Assembly: GCA_963818475.1 (NCBI GenBank)
Contig: CAWFSF010000005.1
Span: 192,001 to 256,000 of the forward strand
Direction of reading: 5' to 3'
Length of the DNA: 64,000 nucleotides
Source: Nitrospirota bacterium
GTDB taxonomy: Bacteria > Nitrospirota > UBA9217
Shown here piece after piece: positions 10,399 through 20,730 of this stretch. Below the pieces are notes generated by a model. That model was given only the letters and a program-made list of their open reading frames with translations. It was not told the origin of the DNA and ran no database searches. Positions within the stretch are counted from its first letter, which is position 1. Every line of letters starts with the position of its first letter. A program made the position numbers and the translations under genes.

Positions 10399-10947
10399 AT
10401 GAAAAAGCAAAAAGAAAAAATAGACATGCAGAAAATGATGGAAATATACAAAAAGCTGGGAACTCCGGGTGAGCCTCATAAGCTGCTGGCGAAACTGGAG
10501 GGAAGCTGGACCACCAAGTCCATTGGTTGGGAGGAAGGCAAGAAGGTCATGGAATCGAGCGGCGCGTGCGAGCAAAAAATGGTCCTTGACGGCCATTACC
10601 TGCGGCAGGAGTATAGAGGAGAAATGATGGGAGCGCCGTTTACCGGATTAAACTTCCTGGGGTACAATAACCATACCAAGAAGTACGAGTCGATCTGGAT
10701 CGACTCAATGAGCACAGCCATCTATTACTTCGTGGGGAAGGGAAGCACGGATGGCAGGACCATTACGCAGGAATGCAGCTACGACGACCCGGTCAAAGGC
10801 CCGGCTGTCTGGCGCAGTGTTACCAGGATCAAGGACGACAATACCCTGGAGTTTGAGATGTTTATCACCCCCGAGGGCGGCAAGAAAGAGAAGATGATGG
10901 AGATGACGGTTGCACGGAAGGAAGCCGTCGCTCGCAAGGCAGCGTAA
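10399..10947 (+). CDS. DUF1579 domain protein
   Basis: GTPGEPHKLLAKLEGSW, GYNNHTKKYESIWIDSMST motifs; AGGAG RBS. Confidence 0.85.
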   Translation: MKKQKEKIDMQKMMEIYKKLGTPGEPHKLLAKLEGSWTTKSIGWEEGKKVMESSGACEQKMVLDGHYLRQEYRGEMMGAPFTGLNFLGYNNHTKKYESIWIDSMSTAIYYFVGKGSTDGRTITQECSYDDPVKGPAVWRSVTRIKDDNTLEFEMFITPEGGKKEKMMEMTVARKEAVARKAA

Positions 10948-11134
10948 AAGGAGTGGCAGGAATTCGAAATACGGAATTCGGAACACGAAATGGTGGGGGC
11001 GGGGTTAAGTCCCATTTGAAAATTTAGGCGTGCTGCCGAATCGGGGGATTAAGATAATCACGTAGGGGCGGTCAAACCCGCCCTTATTCCAAGTTTCCTA
11101 AGTGTCTTTCTGTCGCCTTTTTTGCGAGACGACC

Positions 11135-12496
11135 TTAATTGTCCCTATGTCGGCGCACCAGGTTACAGCGAATGGTGTTTTCAAATTTAAGCCGCTCTGC
11201 CGAACGCCGGTTGATGTCCGGATTGTAGAACTCGAACGTGTTCCCGCCCCGGTTTTTCGCGTGATACAGGGCAATGTCCGCGTACTGGAACAGTGATTCG
11301 ATGCTGTCGCCGTCGTCGGGATAGACGCTGATGCCCATGCTGGTCGTGATGGTGAACTCGTGGCCGGCGGTGATGCATTTATCCCGCATGGCGTCCAGGA
11401 TATTCAGGGCAATTTCCGTCATGTCCTCCGGCCGTGTGATGCCGGCAAGCAGGATGCTGAACTCGTCCCCGCCGATCCTTGCAACGGCGTCCGAATCCCT
11501 GATCGCGGCCCGGAGACGCTCCGCCACCGTCTTGAGGAGCTGATCGCCCGCCTCGTGTCCCAGCGTGTCGTTGACTTCCTTGAAGTGGTCGAGATCGAGG
11601 AAGAGGAGTCCCGTTTTCGTTCGATTGCGGCGGGCTTCAGCGATCTCGAAGCGGATCAGTTCCATAAACAGCCGCCTGTTCGGCAGGCCCGTCAATACAT
11701 CGTGATGGGCCATATGCCTGATCTCCTCTTCGAGTCTTTTGCGATCAGTGATATCCACGATGAAGGCGATTCCGTCCGGCTGCCCGTCGAGCTTCGCCGC
11801 GCCGAAAAGTCCCCAGAATCTCGACCCGTCCCGGCTGAGATATTCCGTTTCGTAGGGCGTGATGCGACCCGTCGCACTGAACTGCTCGGACGCCTCTCTC
11901 ATTCTCGCCTGCCACTCCGGCGGGACCAGACGGCCCCAGCGCCGCACCCGGCCCGCCGAGAGCTCCTCGCGATTGGAGCCGACCATCGCGAGAAATTTGT
12001 CGTTTCCGTCGGTGATCCGCCCATCGGCATCGAAGTACGCTATGCCGATGATGCCGCTCTCGCTCAAGCGGCGGAAGCGTGCCTCGCTATTCTGGAGGGC
12101 TTCGACGGCCCGCTTTCGCTCGATGGCATACCGTATGGAGCGCACCAGGAGATTGCGGTCGACCTTTCCCTTCGTGAGGTAGTCCTGAACGTCCAGGTGC
12201 AGGGCCTTAAGAGCGACCTCGTCGTCGTCAAACCCGGTGAATACGATGATCGGGATAGTGGGGGATTGGCTCCTGATCTTCAGGACCGAGTCCATCCCCT
12301 CGCTGTCGGGAAGCCTCAGGCCCAGGAGCACGATGTCAAATGAGCCCTCGCGCAGGACCTGGAGCCCCTCGGACAGCCGTAGCGCGCGGACGAAGGTAAA
12401 AGAAGGCTCTTGCACCATTGCCAGCATCAGCCGAATCAATTCTGCATCGTCTGGATTATCATCGATCGCGAGCACACTAATATTCACGTTCTTCAT
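11135..12496 (-). CDS. response regulator receiver-PAS-GGDEF diguanylate cyclase
   Basis: REC domain, PAS, HDVLTGLPNR, RDSD I-site and intact GGDEF. Confidence 0.9.
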   Translation of the reverse strand: MKNVNISVLAIDDNPDDAELIRLMLAMVQEPSFTFVRALRLSEGLQVLREGSFDIVLLGLRLPDSEGMDSVLKIRSQSPTIPIIVFTGFDDDEVALKALHLDVQDYLTKGKVDRNLLVRSIRYAIERKRAVEALQNSEARFRRLSESGIIGIAYFDADGRITDGNDKFLAMVGSNREELSAGRVRRWGRLVPPEWQARMREASEQFSATGRITPYETEYLSRDGSRFWGLFGAAKLDGQPDGIAFIVDITDRKRLEEEIRHMAHHDVLTGLPNRRLFMELIRFEIAEARRNRTKTGLLFLDLDHFKEVNDTLGHEAGDQLLKTVAERLRAAIRDSDAVARIGGDEFSILLAGITRPEDMTEIALNILDAMRDKCITAGHEFTITTSMGISVYPDDGDSIESLFQYADIALYHAKNRGGNTFEFYNPDINRRSAERLKFENTIRCNLVRRHRDN

Positions 12497-12863
12497 AGCG
12501 TTCCCTCGGCGGTGCCATTATCTTGCGGGACCGGATAATATTACTTATGAAAGCATTAAAGGCAAGTGCAGACTGTGGTCGACGTAGTAATGGGGGTGCC
12601 TGTGACAAATTATTGTCTACAAGGGAATGCCAATGTAATTAATATATTAAAGACTGCAAGTATTTTCTGTGATTTTAGTCACAGGTGGCCCGATTAAGGA
12701 AAGATCACCATAGGATCGAAAAGTGATCCAGAATTACCCGAATGATAAAAACCCATTTACTCTGTAATCACAATAACATTCCTCTCAATCTCTCATAAAT
12801 GGGAAAAGCAACATGGTATAATGATTACAGACACGATATTCAGGTGCAAAAAGGAGGCGCACA

Positions 12864-12998
12864 ATGGGAGACAAAGGCGGCAAGAAAGGCAAGGAAAAGA
12901 GCCAGAAGCAGAAAACAATGAAACATGTGCATGACGTGCAGCAGCAGAAGGACAAGCAGCAAAAGAGTTCGCTTGAAGGCAAAAACAGAAGCTTATAG
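12864..12998 (+). CDS. small Lys/Gln-rich protein (44 aa, MGDKGGKKGKEKSQKQK...)
   Basis: AGGAGG RBS just upstream of the ATG; below ORF-track cutoff. Confidence 0.6.
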   Translation: MGDKGGKKGKEKSQKQKTMKHVHDVQQQKDKQQKSSLEGKNRSL

Positions 12999-13274
12999 GG
13001 ACGCCGTTGAAAGTAACGTACGTAACAGCTAAGGCATCGTACTGTTCAAAAAAAACATCGAGCCGCAACCCGAATCCGTAGGCAACGCTCGTAAAGACGG
13101 CCCTGTGATGTATCGCGCACTACCCTCCCATCCCGTCCTTTAGCCGCATAGCCCAGACTCTATCTCAGCCAGCCAGATCTTCCAATTGCATGCACGGGGG
13201 CAGTCTCGACCCTCCATGGCCTTCCCCTGCTATACTTATTGATACATACCTTTATCGCAGAAGGAGGAGCCGCC

Positions 13275-14202
13275 ATGGCGAAGAACCGAAAGATCCGGAA
13301 AGTATTCAAAAGCAAGCCCACGATGGAAGGGGCGGGAGTGCATCTGAGGCGGGTTTTCGGGAACAGCGAGGTCCCGCTCTTCGACCCGTTCCTGCTGCTC
13401 GATGATTTTCGCAACACCGATCCCTATCATTACATCAAGGGTTTTCCCTGGCACCCCCATCGCGGCATCGAGACGATCACCTACGTTCTCACAGGCGACG
13501 TGGAGCATGGCGACAGCATGGGAAACAAGGGCGTCATCACCTCGGGCGACATGCAGTGGATGACTGCGGGGAGCGGCATCATCCATCAGGAAATGCCCAA
13601 GGGAGACGACAACGGCGTGATGGAGGGTTTTCAGCTCTGGGCAAACCTGCCGAAGTCGCATAAGATGATGGACCCGCGGTACCGGGACATTAAAAGCGCG
13701 CAGGTGCCGGAGCTCGTGACGAAGAGCGGGGCACGGATCAAGGTCATCTGCGGGACGGTGGACGGAAAGCAGGGCCCGGTCAGGGACATCGTCATCGACC
13801 CGGAATATCTCGACGTCACCGTGCCCGCCCATACGGAGTTCGTGCATACGACCAGGCGCGGCCATACGGTCTTTGCCTACGTGATAGGCGGCAAAGGGCG
13901 TATTCTGCAACGAGAAGAACCCCTTTGCCTATGACGCCGTGGGCGAGAACTATTTCGACATGGAGCGCGATCCCTATCATCCACAACGGGACCGCGGTGC
14001 TCTTCGGCGACGGCGATCAGGTGACGGTCGCGGCACAGGGCGAAGCCGGTCCGCTTCCTGCTGATCTCCGGCAAGCCCATCAGGAGAACCCGTTGCCTGG
14101 TACGGCCCGATCGTGATGAACACGGAAGAGGAGCTTCAGACGGCCTTTGACGAGTACCGGGACGGGACGTTCATCAAGCACCAGAAGCCGCAGCGTTCGT
14201 AG
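13275..14202 (+). CDS. pirin family protein (frameshifts near 13900-14090)
   Basis: DPFLLLD, GFPWHPHRGIETITY, WMTAGSGIIHQEMP; C-terminal YGPIVMNTEEEL in a shifted frame. Confidence 0.9.
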
Positions 14203-14264
14203 TTACAGGCAGTGGTTTCGGCTAATAATGGCATCAAGCGGCAATCAAACAGGGGAAATAATTA

Positions 14265-14293
14265 TTGACGCTGTGGTCGGAATACACTATAGT
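14265..14293 (+). promoter_or_regulatory. sigma70-like promoter
   Basis: TTGACG-17nt-TATAGT. Confidence 0.55.
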
Positions 14294-14341
14294 TAAGCAG
14301 TTTCACAACTCACAGCTATTTAATTTTCACGGAGGTTTCAT

Positions 14342-14638
14342 ATGGAAATACTTTTTCTCCTGCTGAGCGGCACCGCGGTCCTAGTCATGGTCTATGCGCT
14401 CTATAGCGCTCTCTCCCTGAAGAGCAAGATCCCCGGCGGCAAGGTAAAATCAACATGGAATATGCTTACCTCGCTCATCGTCATGTTCACGATCGGCTAT
14501 CTCGCGACCCCCTTCTTTCGCCTGTTGCCCCCGGAGGTCAAGGACCTCCTCGTCGGCGTGATCTTCCTGGCCGGCGCCATCTTCGTAGTGATCGTGATCA
14601 AGCTCTACTTCAAGATCATCGAGGACCTCGGTCTATGA
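14342..14638 (+). CDS. small three-TM membrane protein
   Basis: GGAGG RBS; three hydrophobic segments. Confidence 0.75.
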   Translation: MEILFLLLSGTAVLVMVYALYSALSLKSKIPGGKVKSTWNMLTSLIVMFTIGYLATPFFRLLPPEVKDLLVGVIFLAGAIFVVIVIKLYFKIIEDLGL

Positions 14639-14892
14639 ACCCTGTAACGAAAGAGCATATCGACCAGATGCGTGAGATCATCCATGAGGTTCTGGCCGGA
14701 AAGGCGAGCAAAATCTTCCTTGGCAGGATCGACGGAATCATTGCGGATTGGGGCGAGGATAAGCTCTCCGCTGCACAGGCCTGTGAAAAGGTGCAGAAGA
14801 CCGTCAGCCTGTTCATTGATGAGAACCTGGCCAAGGAGATCGGCAACAGGTGTGCGCCGATCGTCATGCGCGAACCGCCAACGAGGAAATAG
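14635..14892 (+). CDS. hypothetical protein (85 aa)
   Basis: ATGA overlap with the upstream stop; MNPVTKEHIDQMRE... Confidence 0.65.
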   Translation: MNPVTKEHIDQMREIIHEVLAGKASKIFLGRIDGIIADWGEDKLSAAQACEKVQKTVSLFIDENLAKEIGNRCAPIVMREPPTRK

Positions 14893-15024
14893 CTGCCCTG
14901 CCGGATTTGCAGCGCAGCCATATGGTTTTATCTTGCGACCCTTTAGGGGCCGTTTAATGTTTATATATACGGTCTTGAGTCGCGAGTGAAGATTCCTGGT
15001 CCGAATTCACTATTCTGCCCGCTC

Positions 15025-17040
15025 TTATTGCTCAGGCTGCTTTCTCTTTGTCATAATCTTTGAAATCTCGCCGCTGATCTCACCGACGTCATAGGGTTTA
15101 CATACCACTCCGCAGAAACCGTATTTTTCATATTCGGCCATGATGGGGTCCCTTGAATAGCCGCTCGAGACGAGGACCTTTGCATCAGGAGCAAGCGCTT
15201 GAAGGCTCTTGACGGCGTCTTTGCCTCCCATCCCGCCGGGAATGGTCAGATCCATGATCACGACATCGAAAGGGTTCTGTTCACTCTCTGCCTTCAGGTA
15301 TACCGCTATCGCTTCCTTGCCGTCCCTGGCATATTCCACAACATACCCAAGCTCGCTGAGAATATGGCCGGCAACATCTCTTACCAATTCTTCATCATCC
15401 ATGATAAGGATCTTCCCTTGACCTGCCTGAACTGATTTCACTTCCTGGGTCACCGGGGAGAGCGTGTCCCTCAATGCGGGAATATATACGGTGAATGTCG
15501 TGCCGGCCCCTGCTTTTGATTCAACGGAAATTTTCCCGTCGTGCCGGTTGATGATGGATAAAACCGTGGCAAGACCCAACCCGGACCCGTTCGTTTTTGT
15601 CGTGAAATACGGTTCAAATATTTTCGGCAAATGTTCTTCCGGGATGCCTGTTCCCTCGTCGCGGAACGTGATCTTTACATAATCGCCTGCTTTGAGCGAA
15701 GCGGCGTTGTGTTTTTTCACGACTGCGTTTTCAAAAGCCAGATGAACTGCTCCCCCCTTCGGCATGGCATGGACTGCATTAATGATCAAGTTGTTGAACA
15801 CCTGGCTTATCTGGCCCCGGTCAACCTCGGCGCTCCAGAGGGACGCGGGAACGGTATGAAAGCATTTAATATTGGAGCCCGACATCGCAAACGTGCTCGC
15901 CTCCCTGGCAATGTCAAGGAGCGATGCGGGTTTCTTTACCGGGGCGCCGCCCCTGGCAAACGTCAGCAGCTGCTGTGTCAGGTCGGCGGCCATTTTAGCC
16001 GCCTTTTCCGTTTCAATAAGCCTGGCGAATGATCGGTGCTCGGCACCAAGCTGCATCTTCACCAGACTGACGTTTCCCAGGATGGAGGTAAGCAGGTTGT
16101 TAAAATCATGCGCCAGTCCGCCTGCAAGCAAGCCGAGCGATTCTATCTTCTGGATCTTTTGCATCTCCTGTTCCATGCGATATTGCGCCGTGACATCGCG
16201 GAATACGAGAACGATCCCGATGGTCTTGCTGTGCTTGTCCTTGATCGGCGCGGCGCTGTCTGCAATGACTATCTCGGTTCCATTCTTTTTTATGAGCGCA
16301 GTATGATTGGCCAGACCGACGATCATCCCGGATTTGAGGACCTTCTCCACGGGATTTTCGCATTTTTCTCTCGTGTTTTCGTTGATGATGTTGAACACCT
16401 CGGTAAGCGGTTTTCCCAGGGCCTCTTCATTCGTCCAGCCGGTGAGCTCTTCACTTACTTTGTTGAGCAGCGTGACATTGCCGTCGATATCCGTGACGAT
16501 GACCCCGTCGCCAATGCTTCTCAAGGTTACCGCCAGACGCTCCTTTTCAGCAGCTATCGCGTCTTCCGCTTTTTTCTTCTCCGTGATGTCGCGCGTTATC
16601 CCGAGTAAAGCCGTGATCCCATCCTTTTCATTACGGAACGGAACCGCACGGGTTTCAAGCCAAAGGCGCCGTCCTTTCAACCCGACCATCTCGAAGGTGA
16701 ATATTCCTGACCCGCCGTTGCATACGTCCCTGGTCAGCTTCATGAAGTCGTCACGATACGCTGAAGTAACAAGAGGACAGACGCATTTCCCCTTGACCTG
16801 TTCGAGCGATTCAGCCTCGATCATGTTCAAACCCGCTCTATTCATGAAGATCAGGTTTCCCTCGGCATCTATTATCTTTACACATTCCGGCTCTGTTTCG
16901 ATAATGGAGTTCGAAAGATACTCGCTTTGTTTCAGCTGCTCCTTCATCTTCAAAAGATCTTTGTTTATGCGGAGGATGGAATAATGCCTCCACCCGGCCA
17001 TAAGAACAATGAGGATAATTACAAAACTGATATGTTCCAC
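15025..17040 (-). CDS. PAS-PAS hybrid sensor histidine kinase with receiver domain
   Basis: AHDFNNLL H-box, NLIINA, DEGTGI, GSGLGL, C-terminal REC (MDLTIPGGMGG). Confidence 0.93.
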   Translation of the reverse strand: MEHISFVIILIVLMAGWRHYSILRINKDLLKMKEQLKQSEYLSNSIIETEPECVKIIDAEGNLIFMNRAGLNMIEAESLEQVKGKCVCPLVTSAYRDDFMKLTRDVCNGGSGIFTFEMVGLKGRRLWLETRAVPFRNEKDGITALLGITRDITEKKKAEDAIAAEKERLAVTLRSIGDGVIVTDIDGNVTLLNKVSEELTGWTNEEALGKPLTEVFNIINENTREKCENPVEKVLKSGMIVGLANHTALIKKNGTEIVIADSAAPIKDKHSKTIGIVLVFRDVTAQYRMEQEMQKIQKIESLGLLAGGLAHDFNNLLTSILGNVSLVKMQLGAEHRSFARLIETEKAAKMAADLTQQLLTFARGGAPVKKPASLLDIAREASTFAMSGSNIKCFHTVPASLWSAEVDRGQISQVFNNLIINAVHAMPKGGAVHLAFENAVVKKHNAASLKAGDYVKITFRDEGTGIPEEHLPKIFEPYFTTKTNGSGLGLATVLSIINRHDGKISVESKAGAGTTFTVYIPALRDTLSPVTQEVKSVQAGQGKILIMDDEELVRDVAGHILSELGYVVEYARDGKEAIAVYLKAESEQNPFDVVIMDLTIPGGMGGKDAVKSLQALAPDAKVLVSSGYSRDPIMAEYEKYGFCGVVCKPYDVGEISGEISKIMTKRKQPEQ

Positions 17041-17340
17041 GGTAACGGCTCCTTTGGGGAGGGATTTTTGAAAATATACGTTTTGCAGGTTTTTTTGCAG
17101 CTCATAACCGCTGAGCTAGGCTGGCCTGGAACCATTCTTGTTCATCGGAGGATATCACAGAAAATCGCTGAAAGTAAAGGGATTATGTGGAGGTGTGGAG
17201 CGGTCCGGCGCGAACTATGGAGTCAGCGGATTTCCGCGGTTTGCGGGATTGTCGGCTTGTTCGGTTGCCGGCAGCTCACGACGGCCTTCAATGGGAGGCG
17301 GAGTTGGAGGGCTTTCCTGATCACAAAGACGCTTTCATAT

Positions 17341-17460
17341 TCAATCGACCTCGCACCCTTTGTCCCGAAGTGCTTTGAAGACCCCGGCGAGATGTTCCCT
17401 CCCGCGGACTTCGACGGTAATGACTACCTTTGTTCTGCCGATGGGCACGTCGCTGTCCCT
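17341..17460 (-). pseudogene. C-terminal remnant of an ACT-domain threonine dehydratase
   Basis: Reads RDSDVPIGRTKVVITVEVRGREHLAGVFKALRDKGCEVD*, resembling the ACT tail of TdcB/IlvA-type enzymes; no start codon, cut off by the terminator. Confidence 0.55.
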
Positions 17461-17472
17461 GATGAGGGAACG

Positions 17473-17509
17473 AAAAAAGCCGGCAGGGACCTCGACCCCT
17501 GCCGGCTTT
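17473..17509 (-). terminator. intrinsic terminator of the structured RNA
   Basis: GCCGGCAGGG-loop-CCCTGCCGGC followed by TTTTTT on the minus strand. Confidence 0.8.
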
Positions 17510-17529
17510 CGTTATTGACAATAAATTAC

Positions 17530-17823
17530 GGCGTTGCTTTGGACCCGCATCTTAATCATACCGTTGATCCTCGGGATATTCGGTAGGAACGATCACTTCG
17601 AAGATCTGCTCTCGCAAATCCTGAGATGGTTCGTTTCCTTCCGAATTCTCCTTCGGCCTCCGGGGCTTTCCGCTTACCAATCTCTGGTGACCTGCAAACC
17701 GGCAGTGTAACAATCCTCACGGACTGCTGTTTGCCGTTTCCGGATCACGCCTGGTTGGGCTTAAGGCCCTCAACGAAAGTTAAGGATACGTTTAACACTT
17801 CTCAGTGTCGGTCCGGCAACGCC
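17530..17823 (-). ncRNA. unclassified ~294-nt highly structured non-coding RNA
   Basis: Closing helix GGCGUUGC/GCAACGCC plus GGACC/GGUCC; several GNRA-capped hairpins with G-U pairs; -10 box upstream, terminator downstream; no credible ORF. Confidence 0.7.
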
Positions 17824-17831
17824 TTACTGTT

Positions 17832-17861
17832 AGTATACCTCCCTTTGTCAAGCGGTGACAT
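17832..17861 (-). promoter_or_regulatory. promoter-like element for the structured RNA
   Basis: TATACT ending 8 nt before the 5' helix; ATGTCA at 18-nt spacing and a perfect TTGACA at non-canonical 8-nt spacing. Confidence 0.45.
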
Positions 17862-17982
17862 TGAGGATGTGCAAGGGGAAACAAAAAAGCCATCACCTTG
17901 CTGGTACTTTAGTCGAACTTGTTTAAACTCGTTGCCGATCTCCCCTCCGGCAGGTATCGGTGATCGTTGGCGCATGCGTTCT

Positions 17983-18729
17983 CTAACCGGCTTTCCGCAT
18001 CCTTTCCGCCTCGCGCTCGCGTATCTTTGAATCGATAAGCCCCTGAAAGCGCATCGCCAGTTCCGGCCCTTTAGCCCCCTCGCCTTCGTGCTTAAAGAAC
18101 ACGAAGGCACGCTCCCATTTCTGCGCCAAGATCATTTCCACCCATTGCGACAGATCAGCGTCCGTGTAATCGGAGCGGCGCAGACGCAGGTATCCCCAGT
18201 CCGCCGTACTGACGATCTCCGTCGCCGGGTCCTCATCAGCATCGGCGATGCACAGGCTGCATCCCTTTTTCCGCAGGAGGTCCAGGATCGGTCCGTCGAG
18301 CCAGGATGCGTTGCGGAACTCGAATGCGCATGACGCCACCTCGGGGATAAGAGCGAGCATTTTCTCCAGCGCTGCCGCGTTCGCGGGAAAGGTCCTGGGA
18401 AACTGAAACAGGACGGGCCCCAGCTTCTGGTCCAGCGTTGCCAGAGACCTGAAGAGGTATTCAATTTCCGAACCCACGTTCATCAGCCGTTTCCAGTGCG
18501 TTATCACCTGGGGAGCTTTGAGCGCAAACACAAACCCGTCCTTCACCTGTTCCGCCCAGGAACCGAGCACCTTTTCTGTAGGCATGTGATAAAAGGTGTT
18601 ATTGATCTCCACCGTGTTGAGGCGTTCACTGTAAGCGTGAAGCATCTCTTTGGGAGAGATTTTCTCAGGATAGAATGCCCCCTTCCATTCTTTGTACGAG
18701 TATCCGCTGGTGCCGACGTGGACTTTCAT
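17983..18729 (-). CDS. DUF72 domain protein
   Basis: VGTSGYSYKEWKGAFYP, VEINNTFY, GPVLFQFP, YLRLR motifs. Confidence 0.92.
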   Translation of the reverse strand: MKVHVGTSGYSYKEWKGAFYPEKISPKEMLHAYSERLNTVEINNTFYHMPTEKVLGSWAEQVKDGFVFALKAPQVITHWKRLMNVGSEIEYLFRSLATLDQKLGPVLFQFPRTFPANAAALEKMLALIPEVASCAFEFRNASWLDGPILDLLRKKGCSLCIADADEDPATEIVSTADWGYLRLRRSDYTDADLSQWVEMILAQKWERAFVFFKHEGEGAKGPELAMRFQGLIDSKIREREAERMRKAG

Positions 18730-18957
18730 AGGTCATCACCGCCTTTTTTTCTTCATCGCGAGACCCAAGCCGAAGCAAAAGGCATCTCTCGCAAAGGACG
18801 CCAGGAAAATCCTAAGAGCGGCTCGCTTTTGCTTTTACACTAAAAAAGATCTTGATTCAAGCTTCCCTTTGCGCTCTTCGCGAGCTTTGCGAGATATCTT
18901 CTTGCCCTCATGTAGCATTTGAGCTTTTCTCTGCGCCTCTGCGAAAAATTTTCTTTT

Positions 18958-20567
18958 TTAAAATGACTTACCATCTCCCACGGTCTTCTCCCGCATCACA
19001 TCGCGGGCGCTCTTATCATCGCGCATTCGCAGGAAAACGGGCTGTCTCATGACAGCATCCGCAGTCCAACCGGTAAAACCAACCTCGCAGACCAGCTCCG
19101 GCTTTACCCAGGTGACCGGGGCATTGGTCTCCGGCTTGACGCTGAGCGGGCTTTCTTTGCGGATCAGGGGCTCCAGTTGTTCGCGAATGTCCTTTAACAT
19201 TTTCGAGGTGAAGCCCGTTCCCACCGAACCGATCGGGACCAACGCGTCCCCTTCATAGGCGCCCAGGACGAGGCTGCCGAAATATTTTCTGCCGCCCCCC
19301 GCTTCCGTGAAGCCCGCGATCACTCCCTCCTGCGTCAGCCGCGTCTTTATCTTCAACCACTGCCCGCTCCTTCTGCCCGCCTCGTAGGTGCTTTGGCTAT
19401 GCTTCGCAATGATCCCTTCCAGCCCCTTTTCTTTGGCGACCCGGTAGAACAAGCACGCCCTCTTTCGCCACGTGATCGCTGAACCGTATCCGCGGGTCGG
19501 AGGGAAGTATTTTTTTCAGGACCTCTTTTCTCCTGAGAAGAGGCAGGTTCGTCATATCATGTCCCTGAAAGTAGAGGAGGTCGAAAACAGAGTAGAGCAG
19601 GTGGCCCTTTCCGGAATCCTGGTAATTCTGCAGCGCCTGGAAATCAGGCCGTCCCTCGTCATCCACCACGACGACTTCGCCGTCCAGCACAGCGTCAAAT
19701 CCTAATTTCCGCAAAGAGTCCACAACAGGAGAAAACCTTTTGTTAAACGATAGATCCGTTCCGGGAATAGAGCGAAACGTCCTTGCCCCGGATCTCGGCA
19801 ACAGCCCGGTATCCGTCCCATTTCACCTCAAAGATCCAATCCGGATGATCGAACGGTTCCCTGGCCACGGTCGCGAGCATCGGCTGCAGAGCGTGCGGCA
19901 TTGGTTTGGCCGGTGCATCCTTCAGGCCTTCGCTTTCCATGGCTTCGTGAAGACGGATCTGGTTCATTTTTTTTTGCTGGAAGGACCTCTCCGGAACCGC
20001 TTCGAGCATCTCCTCCAGCGTTTTATGGGACACCACGGAGCGGTTTTGCGTGAGGATGTCCCCTTTGGCAGGGTCACGGTCTTTTTTCTTCAGAAGAAGC
20101 CACGACTTCCCGTCCTTTCCGGTTTTCACCAGCGCAAATTCACCGTGCAGCTTTTCCCCTTCGAGCACGAACTTCAAATCCCCTTTTCTGAGGCCCTCCA
20201 GAAGCAGTTTCTCGTTTTCATTCTCATCTCGTGCCAAAGGGTGGTGATAAAAACCCCGGTCCCAGATGATGACGCTTCCTGCGCCGTAATTGCTTTCCGG
20301 AATAACGCCCTCGAAATCCTTGTACTCCAGCGGGTGGTCTTCGACCATGACCGCCAGCCTTTTCAGGGAAGGATCGAGCGAAGGGCCCTTAGGCACGGCC
20401 CAGCTCTTCAGCACCCCCTCGAGCTCAAGCCTGAGATCATAATGAAGCGCCCGGGCCGCATGCTTCTGAACAACGAATATGCGACGGCCCACCTCTGGCC
20501 GAAGGCCTGGCTCCGGTTCGGGTGTTTTCTCGAATTTGCGCTTTCCTGTATATTCAGTCAATTTCAT
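18958..20567 (-). CDS. ligD: NHEJ DNA ligase D: 3'-phosphoesterase plus ATP-dependent ligase plus OB domain (frameshifts near 19745 and 19455)
   Basis: FVVQKHAARALHYDLRLE...SWAVPKGPS; EVKWDGYR; LDGEVV; EGIIAK; WVKPELVCEV...MRQPVF. Confidence 0.9.
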
Positions 20568-20730
20568 GACAACTGCCTCGTTTTATTACCACGGAGTCAC
20601 GGAGAGAGAAAAATCTGAAGTTCCGAAAAGAACGACTGTAACGCCCACTGGCTTCAGATGTGCTATAGTTACCTGATTTCTGCCTTTGTTTCGCGGTTTC
20701 TCCGTGCCTCCGTGGTCATGTTTAATTGCA

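Noticed and set aside
17530-17823. Identification of the structured RNA as RNase P, SRP or tmRNA
   Set aside because: No GAGGAAAGUCC/P4 partner, no CAGG-GGAA-AGCAG SRP domain IV (only a partial CGGAAGGAA), and no tRNA-like ends or tag ORF
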